Assembly (NCBI GenBank): GCA_030248215.1
Contig: JASANG010001013.1
Span: 496,001 to 560,000 of the forward strand
DNA from: Enoplolaimus lenunculus
Taxonomy: Eukaryota
Length of the DNA: 64,000 bases
Reading direction: 5' to 3'
The notes below the pieces were generated by a model. The model saw only the letters and a program-made list of their open reading frames with translations, was not told the origin of the DNA and made no database searches. Shown here in pieces: positions 14,153 through 29,300 of this stretch (position 1 is the stretch's first letter; each line of letters begins with the position of its first letter). A program made the translations under genes and the position numbers.

Positions 14153-15602
14153 GCAAGTTTGATAATAACATTGAAAAACCCCGTATAACGATAACATATT
14201 TTTATAGGCCAAAATAAATGTTTCGCCAATTGTCACTGTGCCCTACCCGGTACCGGTAAAAATACCAGAGACGAGCAAACCGTTTTTGTCTAGGGGTATC
14301 AAACTGAATGCACAGTTTCCAACTGCTAAACGGGGGTACCGGGTCACCCCATGAACGACAGTACTCAATTGAATCTCGCTACTCCATCAGGTATCAAAGA
14401 ATGTATACAACTTAACGTCGACAGCTACACTGATCCATTACATAATATGTAATGGATCAATGTAGCTGTCGATGTCCATCGACATCGCTGGCAACCCTGT
14501 CGACCGACAACTTGTAATCCGAAATTTCAACAACTCGACAATTCACCACAGATCATTATGCTCACGGTCAGGCTTAAAATCGCGCTTCACGCTTAGATTT
14601 ATTCATTGGCTTTTAGGACACTGTTGGGCGACAAGTTGTCAGGCGACGAATTGTCGAAGATTCTTCTACGTCCGTTCTCTCCATTTTCGTGCCCTGTGAC
14701 CAACAGTAGGGCCCATGGTCTATAATCATTGGCAACTCTTGGTACCCAGAAAATAGTTGGTTAGCTTTTTAATAATATTGTTTTATAAAAGGTCTTGGGT
14801 GCTCCAATTATCAAAGCCCCCTTCTTAGAGTAATATGATACTTTTGTTTAGTGTATTTCGTTTAAAGTTTCAGTTAAAACTGATGAACGAAGACGTGTTT
14901 AACTGTTAGTAGGGGGTTTTCATGATATATTTTTAACATTATTATTATTATTATTATTATTAACATTATTTATGTAATTATATATACTTACAGTTGCCTT
15001 CTATGACGTACTGTGAGTGGCACTGCCTGTCAAAATCAGATTTGAAACCACTTTGCTAACATATTTCCGAAACGAAAACTTAAATGTAAAAAATTGCTTA
15101 ATTTCAAGCGAGAATAACATTTCTTTTAATCTTTGCCCTTTATGGATATTTGCGGATCCGGTTAATGAAGTTTATTAAATATAACAACATATATACTGAA
15201 ATATTAATATTACAGATCAGCATAGGTTTTCCGGCAAAGGGTGTAATATTTCGCCAGTTTAACCCCCCTCAAAAGGTCAATATTTAAATTATTTTTCATC
15301 AATTTTTCACCAAAAAATTTACGGGGGGAACATTCTCTTGTCATCTCTTCTCGTCTGCAACTACGACCATGAGTGTTTGGATGCGTTACTGTATGAAATT
15401 TTGAAAAATATTTCGCTTTTGCACACGTCGACGAGTATTTTTCACATCTGAGAAAACAGCTTGATGCACAAAGTGCATTTGCGTCTGAAACTGTAACGAT
15501 TAAGAGTATTTTTTCTTAAAATATTTAAGAAAAAATGTTTTCAATTTTTAACACATATTGGCTTGGTTGCAGAGACAGTGACTTAAGTTTGATACTGACT
15601 TT

Positions 15603-15808
15603 GACCAATGTATAGAATAGGGCCGGTACAGTAGTATAGCATTTCCCTAAGCCTAAGCCTAAGCCTAAGCCAAAGCGTATGGATGAGCCTACTTCTAAGC
15701 CTAAAGCCTAAGCCTAAGTCTAAACCTAAGGAAAAAAGTCAGTCTAAAGCTTAAACTGACTCTACAGCCCAGCAGGAAAACGATCCGGCCCTGTTCTATA
15801 CATGGCCC
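15603..15808. mobile_element. TTAGGC MITE family A
   Basis: TSD ctgacttt/ttgacttt. Confidence 0.82.
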
Positions 15809-16485
15809 TTGACTTTTAACTCTAAGACTACAGTTAAGTTTTGTAGCTTTGACTTAAGTTCAAACTTTTCAGTGCGTTTTCCGGAGTACCAAAATCCCTG
15901 AATTTGACCAGAAACTTCGACTGATTTTTAGCCTCTGAGTTCGGGCTGTGAACAAAAATGAATACCTCGAATCGGAAATAAGCGCTTGGTACATTATCTC
16001 GGGTCCGCCGCCAGGGTGCATTGGGTTCAGCACCTCACACCGAACAATTTTGCCTCCACATTAGAAAATTTTCAACCTTGCTTGTAAAAGTCCTTGAAAC
16101 CCTTGTATTCGCCACCTGAAGGATTTTCAGACCCTCCCCTAGCAAGGCGAGCTGGCTACATGCATACAGGTAGTGATAAATGTTGCAAACTAAGTGGTTC
16201 ATGTGCTGTGAGATTTATCACGTTTTTGCATTCGATTTGCATTCTCTGTTGCAAGTTAGAGATATGCAATTGCAGAAGTTTGTCAGTTTGAAAACCTATT
16301 ACTAACTGGTGATTAGATGGTATACGATATACCGTTGAGGCAATGAGCCAAGAACGGTTTATAAACAAACATGACGTGGATGATGTCACGATAAAATGAT
16401 ATAGGTTGATTTAAATTCTGCCCATTTTGTTTAAGTGATCGAATTACAAGCAAATGGCAATGACACAAAATTCTAAATGTTAATT

Positions 16486-16784
16486 GGCCCATGTATAGAA
16501 CAGGGCCGGATCGTTTTCCGCCGGGGCTATAATAGAGTCAGTTTAAGGTTTAGACTAATTTTTTTGCTTAGGCTTAAGCTCAGGAATAGGCTCATTCATA
16601 CGCTTAGATTTAAGCTTAGGCTTAGGCTTAGACTTAGACTTAGACTTAGGCTTAGGCTTAGGCTTAGGCTTAGGCTTAGGCTTAGGCTTAGGCTTAGGCT
16701 TAGGCTTCGGCTTAGGTTTAGGCTTAGGCTTAGGCTTAGTAATATGCCTATACTACTGTTCCGGCCCTGTTCTATACATGGGCC
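16486..16784. mobile_element. TTAGGC-carrying MITE, family A (Merlin-like), type copy
   Basis: Perfect 25-bp TIR GGCCCATGTATAGAACAGGGCCGGA; flanks tgttaatt/tattaatt (8-bp TSD, 7/8); long internal (TTAGGC)n. Confidence 0.9.
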
Positions 16785-19700
16785 TATTAATTTATAAACA
16801 CAGCCAGGGGACGGTTCCGATAGAATTCAAAGGCCCAAACTTTTTGACCAAAGAATGCGTAATAGCGGCAAATTTTGAATATTGCCGCTTTTAGGAGCTG
16901 GAACAATCATTTCGACTTCAAATTTAGGCAGCTAAAAGCAAACCGTTCCTACCTGTTTTAAGACAGAGTCGTTTGTAAAGACATATAAAAGTTAGCGGTA
17001 CGCAGTCTTCTAGGTTCCCTGTCTCTTCAATAGCTCCGTCTTCAACTGCCCAGGTCGCCCAATATCCTAATCTCTCGGTTGCTTACCAGTTGCCATTATG
17101 GGCGCCGTCATTTGAATGAACTTATCGAAGGAAATGGTTATTAATGAACCCACAGAATCGGAAATCTGGTTAAGTTAAGTAAATACTTAAAGTCGCTGAC
17201 ACAAAATCTGACATATTACACAGATTAGCAGCTTAGACATGCTGACCTTGGTGTAACTGAAATTGTAGACTCATGGTGCCTCTTTACTAAAAAGCAGAGC
17301 TATGGCTATTTTGCTGTCACAGTGGCTCACGTTTGGCATTTATCTGTTTTTGTTCGAAAAGTTAAGTATTGACTTAAGTAGCCGATTTAAGTAATTATTT
17401 AAGTGCAACTTAAGTAAATACTTAAGTAAGATTTCAGAAACCCAGACATTGGTTGATACAGTGCGCACCTCAAAGTTTTTCCGATGAGAGTTACAACTTA
17501 ATTGTATTGATTTTAAAATTATAATTGATATCTTTACAGGATGAAACTTTACTTAATTTAAAATCTCGGAACATTTTGCTCTGTCACAAATGTTTTTTGA
17601 AATTAATTTTTTTAAATAATTTTTGTACAAAAAATTTCTCAAAAACGCTTCAAATTGAAAAAAAGCGAAACGGAAAATTTTCTTAAAAACTCAGCTACAA
17701 ATATATTACAACTGACTGACGACCTCAAGTATATTAATATTTATATATATATATATATATACATATATATATGTATAATATATGTGTACTCTATAAATTC
17801 AATATGTGCACTATAAAGATGCATGAAGTTACCGTTTAAATGATACACACAGTTCATTTGTATCAGTATTTTTTGCCTCAAATTATTAAATAAACGCAAA
17901 TCTGGTTAGAGATTTGTGATACCTAAAAACAAATATAGTGAAAGTTTTGGTAATTCTTAAAAATTTAGGGTTAAAAACACTTATTGGTCTATTTATCTGG
18001 CTCGTAGCCACACAAAAGCCAGGGACGGTTCAGTCATGCAAATGGAAATTATGGACCCGTAGCCAGAAATGGGTTGGGGAGCTCAACGCCTCCGGATAAT
18101 TTTGGCCTCCTGAATATATTTTTAATCTTGTTTTTAAGTCATCGAAAACATCTTGCATGTCCTTCCTGAAACTTTCTAGCCAACCTAGAAAGGTGAGCTG
18201 GCTACGGTCCTGGAAAATTAATCGCTTTTGTGTAAAAGTTTTGCTTGTAAATACTGTGAAATCCTTGTATGCTTAACGTAAATTTTTCAGAGGGGACTAT
18301 AGGGTATCAAGGTATGGCGACCAACCGCTGTATTAAGTGTTCAGGAATTTGAGTTTTAACACAGAATTCCTTTATTTATTCCACTTGTTGTAGCAGTCAC
18401 AGGAGACCGCAACACACACGAGCCTTCCGTCTCGCCAGAAGCGGGTCCACAGTTTTCTGACGGGGTAGGGGGACTGGCAAATATTATGAAACGCAATTTT
18501 TACTGTATGCTATGTATGCCATTTGCAGCGATAATGTGAACGGTATCCTTATCATTTCATATCCAAACAATTTTAGAGGTGAAAACTGGTGTAAAGTTGC
18601 GATCTTACCATTTTATCACAAAAAAATTTCTGAAGGTGGTAGGCATGCACCCCATTGTCCGCCCCCTCTAGAACTTCTAGAACGTCTTACCCCCCCTCCC
18701 TCTAGCATAATTGCGGCCCAGCCTGTACGATGCAAGTTTCATTACTGCATCTATAAAATTACTTGTCAAATTTTTTGTTTACTGTTTCAGTAATGTCATC
18801 CAATATCCTGAGGGCCGTTGTGACGGCACTGGTGATAAAGCAAAAAGTTGTGGTTTTTGAAAATTTGAAACAAAAAAAAATTAAAATTTCAATATTTCAC
18901 TGCTTAAAGTAACTCAAAAAATTATTAATATACGTTATATAAACACGGTCAATAATGACATGTTTTAGAGAAACAGTAGCAACATTAACCCAAAATTGCA
19001 AAAAAAATATTTTGCAGTCAAGTTGTTATGATTAAGCACCCTTTGGTATATTTTTAAAATCCCAGATTAAAATTGCATGCACGCCCGGAAACCGCTTAAC
19101 CCGAACTTTCAGACAAGTCCGCAGACAAACACGGATCACAAGGGATTAGACCGTCTGGAAGAATTTTAGCCCTATGTGGAAAATTTTCAACCTTGGTTGT
19201 AAGTCACCGAGAACGCTTGTATACTTCTCCTGAAAAATTTTTCAGCCCCCCCTAGCAAGATGAGTTGGCTATTAGCCTGCTTTAAGATGTATAATTTTAT
19301 CGAAGGGGGTTAGAAAAATTATTTCCCAAACTATCGAGCTGACAAAAACAGTGCCTGTCCAGGCTACAGTGTAGGCCCTCACAATTCCGGAGTGGGCACG
19401 CCTTGTGATTTCAAATTTTCAATTTAGAATATTGTTAGGGTGAGAGCCTTTTCTGGGGTTGCTCCCCTCAAAAAAATGTTGGGTATTGGGGTGAGTGCTG
19501 CTCCGGCCGTAGACAAGCAGTACAAACACTTTTAGTAGGCTTTATGATAAAACGTTTTGCAACTTAGAAATGAAAAATATTTTCCTGCTCGCTGTACTCG
19601 CAAAAAACGCTTTTAGTTATAGAATTATTCAAAAATGTTAAGTAAAAATCATGGATGACCCTTGTTATTAAATGCATTAAATGTTGGTAAATTATGCCGT

Positions 19701-20346
19701 TAGGAGGTGATTTTTATTTAGCTTTCAGTTGCGGTTTTTTGCGAGTTTTCATTGGTTTTTGTTGCGACGTCGCTTCTGCGACGTCGTGATTGGTTGTTCG
19801 CATATTTTGTGATTTGCATACGCACGCAGTTGTGTTAAGTCCAGTAGTTGTTCATGATGAAACGAAATATTATTGGACATCGTAAATAACAGAGAATTTT
19901 TCAACGAATCAAATTTCAGAAAACCCAACGCAAGATCAGACGCCACCAATTTTCAAGCATTATTCCATTTGGCAAATAAGGTTTAACCAATCGTTGACGC
20001 TGGATGCAGGCCCGTAGCCAGCTTATCTTGTACGGGGGACCAAACAAAATTTTCAAAAGGGGGCATACATGGGTTTTCGATGACTTGCAAGCAAGGTTGA
20101 AAATTAACTAATGTGGGTCAAAATTCGTCCAGAAGGACTGAGTCCCTCTGGGCCCCCTCTGGCTCTGGGTTCAACTGGATGCTACCAAATATATATTGTA
20201 GATGTGTTTCAACATTGATTCAGTTATTTCTATTTGTATAATAATAGAAAATAAATAAAATACATGAAATTAAAAATACTGAAAACGAACCAACGCTATT
20301 TTGTGAAATTTGCGCAACTTAATCTTACTGCTACAAGTAGTCAGTG

Positions 20347-23300
20347 ATGGCTGTAAGGCAGACATTGGCCTGCAACCGACAATACTTTAACTTGCGTTCA
20401 GCTTGGCGAATATTTACCGTATTCGTATGTCAACTGCTAATCTTAGTTTCCTCAACGTCAGTTGGAGTTGACGCAGGTCCTGTTTATAGCGATAGTAGTT
20501 TCGATACACCTGGAAGTACACAAACTGAAGAGTATCATCATGCGAAGAAAGACTATAATGGGTAAAATCAAGAGTGCCTGATGGCGAAGAGTATGCAACG
20601 GGGTGAATTCTGTGTAGAAAACAATGTACCCAGCCAGCGTTGCTGTGAACCCTCCCGTCACTTTGGGCGGGGTCAAAATTTTTAATAAACAGTATAAATT
20701 CGTTGCAATCATATATCTTTATATTCTTCAAAGAGAAAAGTAATTAAACGTACATTAACCCTTTATCACATGAATATTTTCTATTTCATCTGAGACCTAC
20801 TATTATGCTAGGATTCGAACGCCAGTGACTGGAGTGGGAGGCGTAAACCATCACCACTCAGCTGTAGGAGCTTGACGCTCCAGTCCGAGGGGGCTCTCAC
20901 GTCTTGTGGTGATTTTGTACTATGTATACGTGTTGCAATTGTTAAACACGGTGCGATATATATTATTTAACGTATATATACTGCGCTGAGTTGACCATAG
21001 TCAACTCTATGTGAGAAGGGGTTAATACTGAAATCAAACCCCCTTTAAATATGCGTGGGGTCGGGCAAAAATGCAACGCGTGGTGATACATTTTGTACCA
21101 TGCACAACCCAGATAGTTGCACACTCTTGGTACGCATTATACACTCTTGGTAAAAATATTAAGTCGAAAATTGTTACTTTTAAAATTTACAATTGAGAAA
21201 TTTTGCTATAAAGTTAGTGCCAATGCATAGAACAGAGCTGTAACGGTAGCATAAACACAATCCTAAGCCTAAGACTAAGCCTAAGCGTAAAAATAAGCAT
21301 ATATCTAAGCCTAAACCTAAGCAAAAAAATTCGTCTAAAGCTTAGTCTTTTACTCTATTGCAGTCCTGCAAAAAACCTTACGCCCCTGATGTTTATATGG
21401 GCCAAAGGTACCAAGGCATAATCCTAGGCGGCTCCAGTTGTGACGACCATCCAGGCTCTGCCCCCCACACGGATCAACAAAATGTTAAGATTAAATGGTT
21501 AAATTGCGGTTGTTTTTTTCGCTCATTTCGCTTGCGAGTTTTTTAATTATAACGCAGTCCACATTTCTAAAATTTCCTAATCAGTCGGGCCTAAATTTAA
21601 CAGCGGTAGACGACCCGCTAACTGGTACGGGTTTCTAAATGCCCACGTTTTCATAAATTTTAGCAATCACCCTCTTAAGAGTTTACTTGATTTTATTTTT
21701 GTTTCAAAACCCAATTTTTTAGAACAAAACATTTCAAACTCTATTCATACGAGATAGATTTTACAGCGAGAACTTTCAGCTACAACTTGTGCACAAAACT
21801 TGCCGCTGTAAGTTGCAATTGCAATTTCTCGCTGCACCTGTTGCGGATCCGGAAATTTCTGGCGGATGGATGCGCAAGTATGGAAAATGTTATGTTTTGG
21901 CACAAAGCCCCTAAATAATTATGAAATTTGTGAGATATCGGAAAAAAAATTTGCATTGTAAGTTTGATTTAACCCTGAAAAAATTTATACTCGGCAGCCA
22001 ATGGAGGGATGTATCTCCACATCCCCACCCCTGCCTGGATCCGCCTCTGCGCTGCACTAACTTGCGTGCGTGAATAGGGTATAGGGCTTAACTCGATTAC
22101 CGGTATGTCAATGAGCGTATTTCCGGTTTTATTTCAATTTTAGGTACAAAGTGTTCACAATATATCCTGTCACCGAAGAACAAACTAAATTTGTGGAATA
22201 TCTATGGCTTAACGATACCTCAATGCAGGTACAGCTTAGGGTTGCGTTATACCTACTCGGCGTCCGACGCCGTCCTGAACTGTCCGTCACCCTGCGACAC
22301 CCCCGCGGCGCCGTCCGTCAGCGTCTGTTACCCGTACGGCTCCGTCCGTCACCGTCTGTTACCAGTACGGCGCCGTCCGTCACCGTTCGCACCATAGGTT
22401 ATCGTACGTGAGTTATTTGCGTACGATACCGCATCGTGACGGACGGCACCGTACTGGCCACGCACGATGACGAACGGTGCTGCGCTATACTTGTCGACGG
22501 CGCCGTGTGTCACCGTGCGTCACCATACGGTCCGTACGTGAGTAATTTGCTTACGATACCGCACCGCGACGAACGGTGACGGACGGCGCCGGACAGCAAT
22601 GCAAAGATTAAAAGGTACAGCGCAACGCTTATTTGTAATATTTAAATATATCAGGAACCTTTAAAGTATGCATGCGTGCAATTAACAATAGCCATAAGTG
22701 GTGTATATTGAAATTGCAACTGCATGACTAGCGAGTGTGGCTCTGTCAAAGAAGCCCAAGGAGGTAAGACGGGACACCACCCCCTTACTAACTTCTTCGC
22801 ATTTATGTATGTAAAAATAGTTGTTCTTATTATATTCTGAAAACGGTATATAAGTGATCCAATTTCAAAGATATTCCCAACCTAAGCTGACGTCTTGGAC
22901 GTATCTTAGGTTGTAAAATTACGGTACCTGGTTGAGCTTTAAGCCGCAATTGTGGAGTCGGTTTCCATGGCAAATCTCTGTGTTTTATTTCACACATATT
23001 TGTGTTTATATATTTCAAAAATATTTGTCTTATATTTCAGAAACACTTTTCTTACTCGTTCATAAAACAAAGTCTTAAATTTAAGACATTTATGTGTGAA
23101 AAATTCTAGATCAATATTTCTGGAAATTTTAAGAAATATAAGTATTGAATTCAAGACATACATATCTGGAATCTGTATCAAGACATAATTGTCTTAAATT
23201 TCAGACAATGGTTCTTGAATACAAGACAATTTATTTTGTGTGTACCATCAACACACCATCAAATCATCGTTTCCGAAATTAGCCATATCTCGTTCAACCG

Positions 23301-26300
23301 GATAGCATAGGTTCAAATTAGGCATATGCAAAAATAAGCCTAAGTTTAACATTGTTATAATCAGCATCGATCAGAATATTTATCAAGTCAAAATTTAATT
23401 TCTGAAAACAACAGAAAAAGAATTCAGTTTCAAATATTTTCTGTTGGCCCCACTTATAAATGTTCTTTGTCTCGACTACGTAACAATTTCTGATTGTGGG
23501 TTTGAGTAAGAAGCGCGATCTGATAACAATCATTGATCACACAGCTTGCGTGGACTCAAATTTAATATTGTTTTTAATATGAAATCCCATTTTTAATTTT
23601 ATTGCTTAACTTTTCAAAGTATACTGGGTTGAAATTTTTAAATAATATTTTTTGTTTGTTTTAGCTTGATTTTTGGAAACCTCCGAGTCGGTTGAGAAAA
23701 TCTGTCGATGTAATGGTTGCACCTGATTCGCTGGAACAATTTTCAACGGCAATGGACGAGTATAATATTACAACGACCATTATGATGGAAGACGTTGCGT
23801 TGTAAGTGCAATTTGTTTGTTTGTTTGTTTGTTTGGTTTGTTTGTTTCTTTGTTTGTTTGTTTGTTTGTTTGTTTGTTTATGTGTTTGTTTGTTTGTTTG
23901 CATGTTTGTTTGTTTATTTGTTTGTTTGATGGTCGGTTTGTTTGTTGCGTTGTTTGCTTGTTTGTTTGTTTGTATGCTTGCTAATTTTTTGTTTGTCCAT
24001 TTGTTTGTTAACACCGTACGCCTTGCAGTGTTTGTTTGGATATGATATATATCTTTTTTCTGCAATTACAGAGCAATTGCAAAAGAACAAGAAGTAATGA
24101 AATTCAATTCGGCATTCAGACGTGATGATCGTACAAAAACACCCGATTCGTTTCGATTGGACAGATATCATAGTTATTCTGAGGTAAGTTTACAGCCAAT
24201 GACATGTGCTGTTTTGAAGAATTTCAGAATTTATTGCGAGTTGGTACGGCAAAAATGACTCAAATGATAGAATTCACTTCAAAAAAGTTGCATTTTTAAA
24301 TGTAATTTGAACATTTTTTGGAAAGAAAAATTTTGGAAATAAAAATGCTGGTTTTAACTTTGCACAATTATTAATTGCTGAGCGGAAGAATAAATCCAGA
24401 AATTCATTTCGGTAATTGAGAAATTGGTTGGAGTTGATGGTTGCAAATTGGTTGTTACGTTTCAAAGTATCAAATTGATTTTAAATTAAAAAATTAATTG
24501 ACTTAATTCAATTTTATTTCAGATTCAAGACTGGTTGCATCGTCTGTCACGAAAATATCCAAACATTATTCAGCATATACAACTTCAAAACGAAACAACA
24601 CGAGATACTGCGTTAACATACGAGGGTCGGACCATAGATATGATAAAGGTAAGCAGTTTCAGCTAATTTTCATGTTCAAGATCACTATTCTCAAATGTGT
24701 GTAGCACCTATTATAAGTTAGAAATAACTCCTCATACAGACTGCGGCAGCGGAAATATACCAGCCCAAGTAAGCATATTTCCCCAGAGTTTTAATACGAA
24801 TTAATGTGTTAAAATTGATTTTCGTTAATGTGTTGAGTTCTCCACGGCTTTGATCAATAGTGGATGAGCACTGTTTTAACAAGAGTATGCAACTGGGTGC
24901 ATTCTGTGTAGAAAACAATGTACTCTCAGCGCGTGTTGCAGTTTTGGCTTACCTCCTATGAAGGGGCAGGACCAAAACGCAATGAGCGCTGGAACATTTT
25001 GTGCCTTGCAAAACAAGACTTGTTGCATACTGTTGTTTACAGGGATCATGTGCTGTTGCCATTACCAACAGCGAGTGTAATATACTTGCATTTTGTACAA
25101 CAACAGTATGCAACTGATTTAAGTTTGTGTAATGCAATGTCCACAATATCATGCGTACGCAAATTACCACGCAGCGGATGATAAACACTGATGCTTTTTT
25201 TGGCTTCAATGTCTGTCTCACTCTTTCCAAAGTTGCCTTTTAAGATACCTTACATTACGCTAGCGTATGCGTCAGGGTACAACCGGAGGTCTGCCTCCGG
25301 CTCCCGCTCCGCTAAAATTTTTGCCGGAGGTTCCGGCAGTTTCGGTAGCAAAATTTTGCGCAATTTTCCAAAATTTACCTGTTTGATCGCGTGTCGTTTT
25401 ACTTTTGTCACAACAATTTTAAGGAAAGAATTTCCTAAAATTCGCAAAAATTTAGCGTAAAACCAAAATTGCAGATATTGGCTGAAATTAACTAGTTAAC
25501 CATCATCGTTACTACCTAATTTCGCCTCACCTCCGGCTCCGGCAAGTTTCGTTGACCTCCGGCTCAGGCTCTGGTATTTTTTACCCCCGGTTGCACCATA
25601 ATATGCGCGTATTGTGTTTCACTTTCGCATCCCACTGCACTTTAGCAGGTTGGATCACGAAGATTAGCTCTTTTTAAGTACCAACATGGCGTTGCTGGTA
25701 CAAAGACCACTGTGCAAACAGAGGTATACATTTGAGATTGTAAAAAATGCCCAAAAATTCTGAACAAAAATTTGCAATTTGGTCTTACAAAACCTATCAC
25801 CAATTTAATCGCTAATTACTATAGTTACCCGAATAAGACGGGGTACTGATATTCATCTGGCCTCTCCAGAGGATACCCACTGTTATTCGGTTACGGACTG
25901 TTATTTGTTTTAACCCACGCCTCGCCACCCTTCGTTACTGATATGTATCCGATACTGAAGTTATCCGTTGAATTAGACGTTTACTTGTGTTGTGTCAATA
26001 GCTTGAGCGATAATGCAAGGTTATACTTAGAAATGTACTTTCAAAACTTAAGTACGCTTTAAAGTTTCGAAGTCAACTTTATTTGGTCATGGAGTCATTT
26101 ATGCACTACAATTAGGACAATTGACATTTATGGACTCTAATTAGGATTTAGGAACTCTATCCGGTTACGGACGCTTATTACGGATACGGACTCCTATTGA
26201 TTGGGACCCAAAATGGGGACCCCCTCTTATTCAGGTGCCTACAGTAATATATTTTCTACAGTAACTTGCGTACATTTTGCCGTAAATTTAGCGTAAATCA

Positions 26301-29300
26301 ACCGGGACACTAAATTAATATCGGGTTTCATATTCGATTTGTTTCAGGTTGGCTACAGTAAACCTAACGGCGAACGAAAACCAGCATTTTGGATCGATGG
26401 AGGTATACATGCGCGTGAATGGGCGGCCCCAAGTGTCGTACTGTATATAATAAATCAGGTAAGCGATAAGCTCAGGGGTGGTATTAACCAGGGCAGCATT
26501 AAAAAGGGGAGGTAGGTGAATCAAGGATGTACACAGGATTTTATTTCGCGAGGGGATACGTTATTTTTTGACCTCTGCAGATTGTTCTACAACCTGTAAA
26601 AAGTTCACTTGGGCAAATGTTCAAAGTTCGAATTCTTTCTGATCTGCGTATGGAAATGTTTCCAAAAATTTTGATGTGGCGTACACAAGTTAATATTGTG
26701 GAAGATGCCTAAACGGTTTTTTGTATATTTTTAGCTTTTGAAGGGTAAAGACAATGATGCTAAAATTGACCAATACCTCGCCGAAATAGATTGGTATCTG
26801 TTGCCTGTCGTTAACCCCGACGGATACGAGTATAGTCGTAATTTTGTAAGTTCGTCTCAAGTATTACTGACTGCCGCGGCAGTAGTATACAACATACTCC
26901 TAAGCCTAATCCTAAGCCTAAACCTCAGTGTAAAGATAAGCTTTTACTAATTCTAAGCCTACGCCTAAATCTAAACAAAAATTCGTCTAAAGCATAAGTT
27001 TTACTCTGTTTCTGTCCTATTGCAAATTGGTTTCGCCCATCAGTTTATACATAGGCCGCATGCCCATAGCCAGGTCACCTTGCTAGGGGGAAGCTGAAAA
27101 CTTTTCAGGAGGGCATTCAAGGGTTTGTAATGACTTGCAAGCAAGGTTGAAAATATTCTAGGACGGGGCAAAATTTTCCCAGGGGGGTTGAGCCCCCCTG
27201 GTACCCCCTTGGCTACGGGGCCGGTAGGCCGTAAATTTTAGAATATTAACTCGGGCGTTTAGTAAACGTTTATAAAACAGTAATAAAGTTGCAATTCCTT
27301 CATTGGACACACAATGCAATAAAGAATTTCCCAACTTCCGACTACAATTAGACCCGTGGTTAGGGGAGGGCAGGAAGGTTCAGCCCCCATAGAAGAAAAT
27401 TGGCCCCCTTGAAAATTGTCAACTTTGCTTGTAAGTCACCGAAACCCATTGTATGCCGCTTCTAAAAATGTATAGGCCCCCTAACAAGATGACCTATCTA
27501 CAATCCTGCTAAGGACATATATAGCAGTTTTAGAACTTGTAATCAAAAATTTAGCCCAGAATATAGGCATAAGAGATAAGCAAAGAGGGGGCTGGGAACT
27601 TACACCCCTTAAATTCAAACAGTTCAGTTTTCGACAATGGCAGAATATTTATATTCATTGATAGAATATTTGACAGAAACGCTGTTTGAAGCAAAACGTT
27701 CATTTTTAAATACAGTTGTGCGCAGCAATTTTTTGATGCTAATAATGCCCTGCCCCTAAATACTAAAGAATGTCCCTCCCGTACGCCAATGGTTGATTAC
27801 AGACCAGATGGCTTGAGTTTATTGAACCTGGCCAATGAGAGACAAGGAGACTGGAAAACTTAGAAACTGTAGCGAATGTATAGAACAGGGCCGTAACAGT
27901 GGTATATAAAAGCATATTTCCAAGCGTAAGCCTAAGCCAAAACCTAGGCGTAAGAATGGGCTCACACCTATGCTTAATACTAAAGCAAAAAATTGGTGTA
28001 AAGCTTAAGCTTACTCTATTGCAGTCCGGCTGAAAAACGTTTCGCCGTGAATGTTTACATAGGCCTAAACTGGACTGTTCATTAGTCACCTTAGGTCAAC
28101 ACCCTGTACTCGGCAATAATTTGAAAATTTCAGCTGTCTTACAAGAAAATATTCTAGGATAGAATGTGGCGAAAGAACAGGAATCCAAATACGTTTCGAA
28201 ATCGACCCGCGTGTTGGGGCGTTGATTTGAATCGGAATTTCGACTGGAATTGGGGAGGTAAAACTAGGCAAATATTTTGTTTTCTTTCAACTTTGTTCGT
28301 AAACTACAGTGGTCTGGTATTATCAGTCGAACAGATTTGGTTTTTCGTACACTGTAAATTCCGATGAGTTGATTAATCTACTCAGAGAGAGAGAATTAGT
28401 TATTTCTGGTTATTTCTGAGTTTATAACAGTAAACATTAACTCACTTTGAGCTGATTTAATTCTGGCCGAGTTGATTAAGTAAAACTCAGAATGAGTTCA
28501 ATCAAATCAGAATTCTGAGTTCTGAAAGACCTAATTCAGTCCTCAGACCTCAGAGTTTATTCAACTCATTCTGAGTTAAAATCAACTTACTGAAATTTAC
28601 AGTGTACTAAATTAAACCTAAAAACGACCAAATATTTGGTTCTTAAAAACATTTCTCACACTGAAGATTAAGGGTTACTTGTAGTCGCTTTTTTACTTCT
28701 CCTGCGACAAGGGAAAACATCCCCCAGAGGAAAAATGTACTTTAATTGAATTCTCAGGGAGGCTGTCGCCCCCCACCCCCATATTTTTAGGGGACCGTAA
28801 GCAAGATGAAAGACTGCCGCAATTCTCAGGGAGGCTGTCGCCCCCCACCCCCGTATTTTAGGGGACCGTAAGCAAGATGAAAGACTGCCGCATCCAAAAT
28901 CCAAACCCCTGCACACTAATTCATTATTGAAACAGTGAAAATTTTTAGGGAAGTTCTTTTAGTATGAGAACCGCTTGATGCAGGGGTTTGGCGGGCGGCC
29001 GCCCCTTCATCCTGTTTAGGGTTGTTTTAAATTTCGTGGGGTTCATTTGGGCGACAGACCCCCTAGGAAAGTAAAAAAATGCTATTTTATAACCGTTTTT
29101 TTGTAAATTGACAATAGAAAATGTATTGAAACGGTGTCTTCTGACATTTCAATTGTGTGGGGGTGAAGTCAAAAAGTGCCCAGTATTCTGAACACCAGTG
29201 GTGTTTTCAGACATTTTTTAGCGTCTGTACGCGATATACGATAGTGATAGAAACTTGCTAGTGAAGCGATCTAGAAGCCAAACGCAATATTTTAGTACTA

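Noticed and set aside
16600..16740. True telomere or de novo telomere-addition site
   Set aside because: The arrays are short, degenerate, occur in both orientations and are enclosed by TIRs and TSDs.
23661..24171. QTNK- and LFVC-repeat ORFs (also YIHT ORFs at 30094-30386)
   Set aside because: Microsatellite translations within introns.
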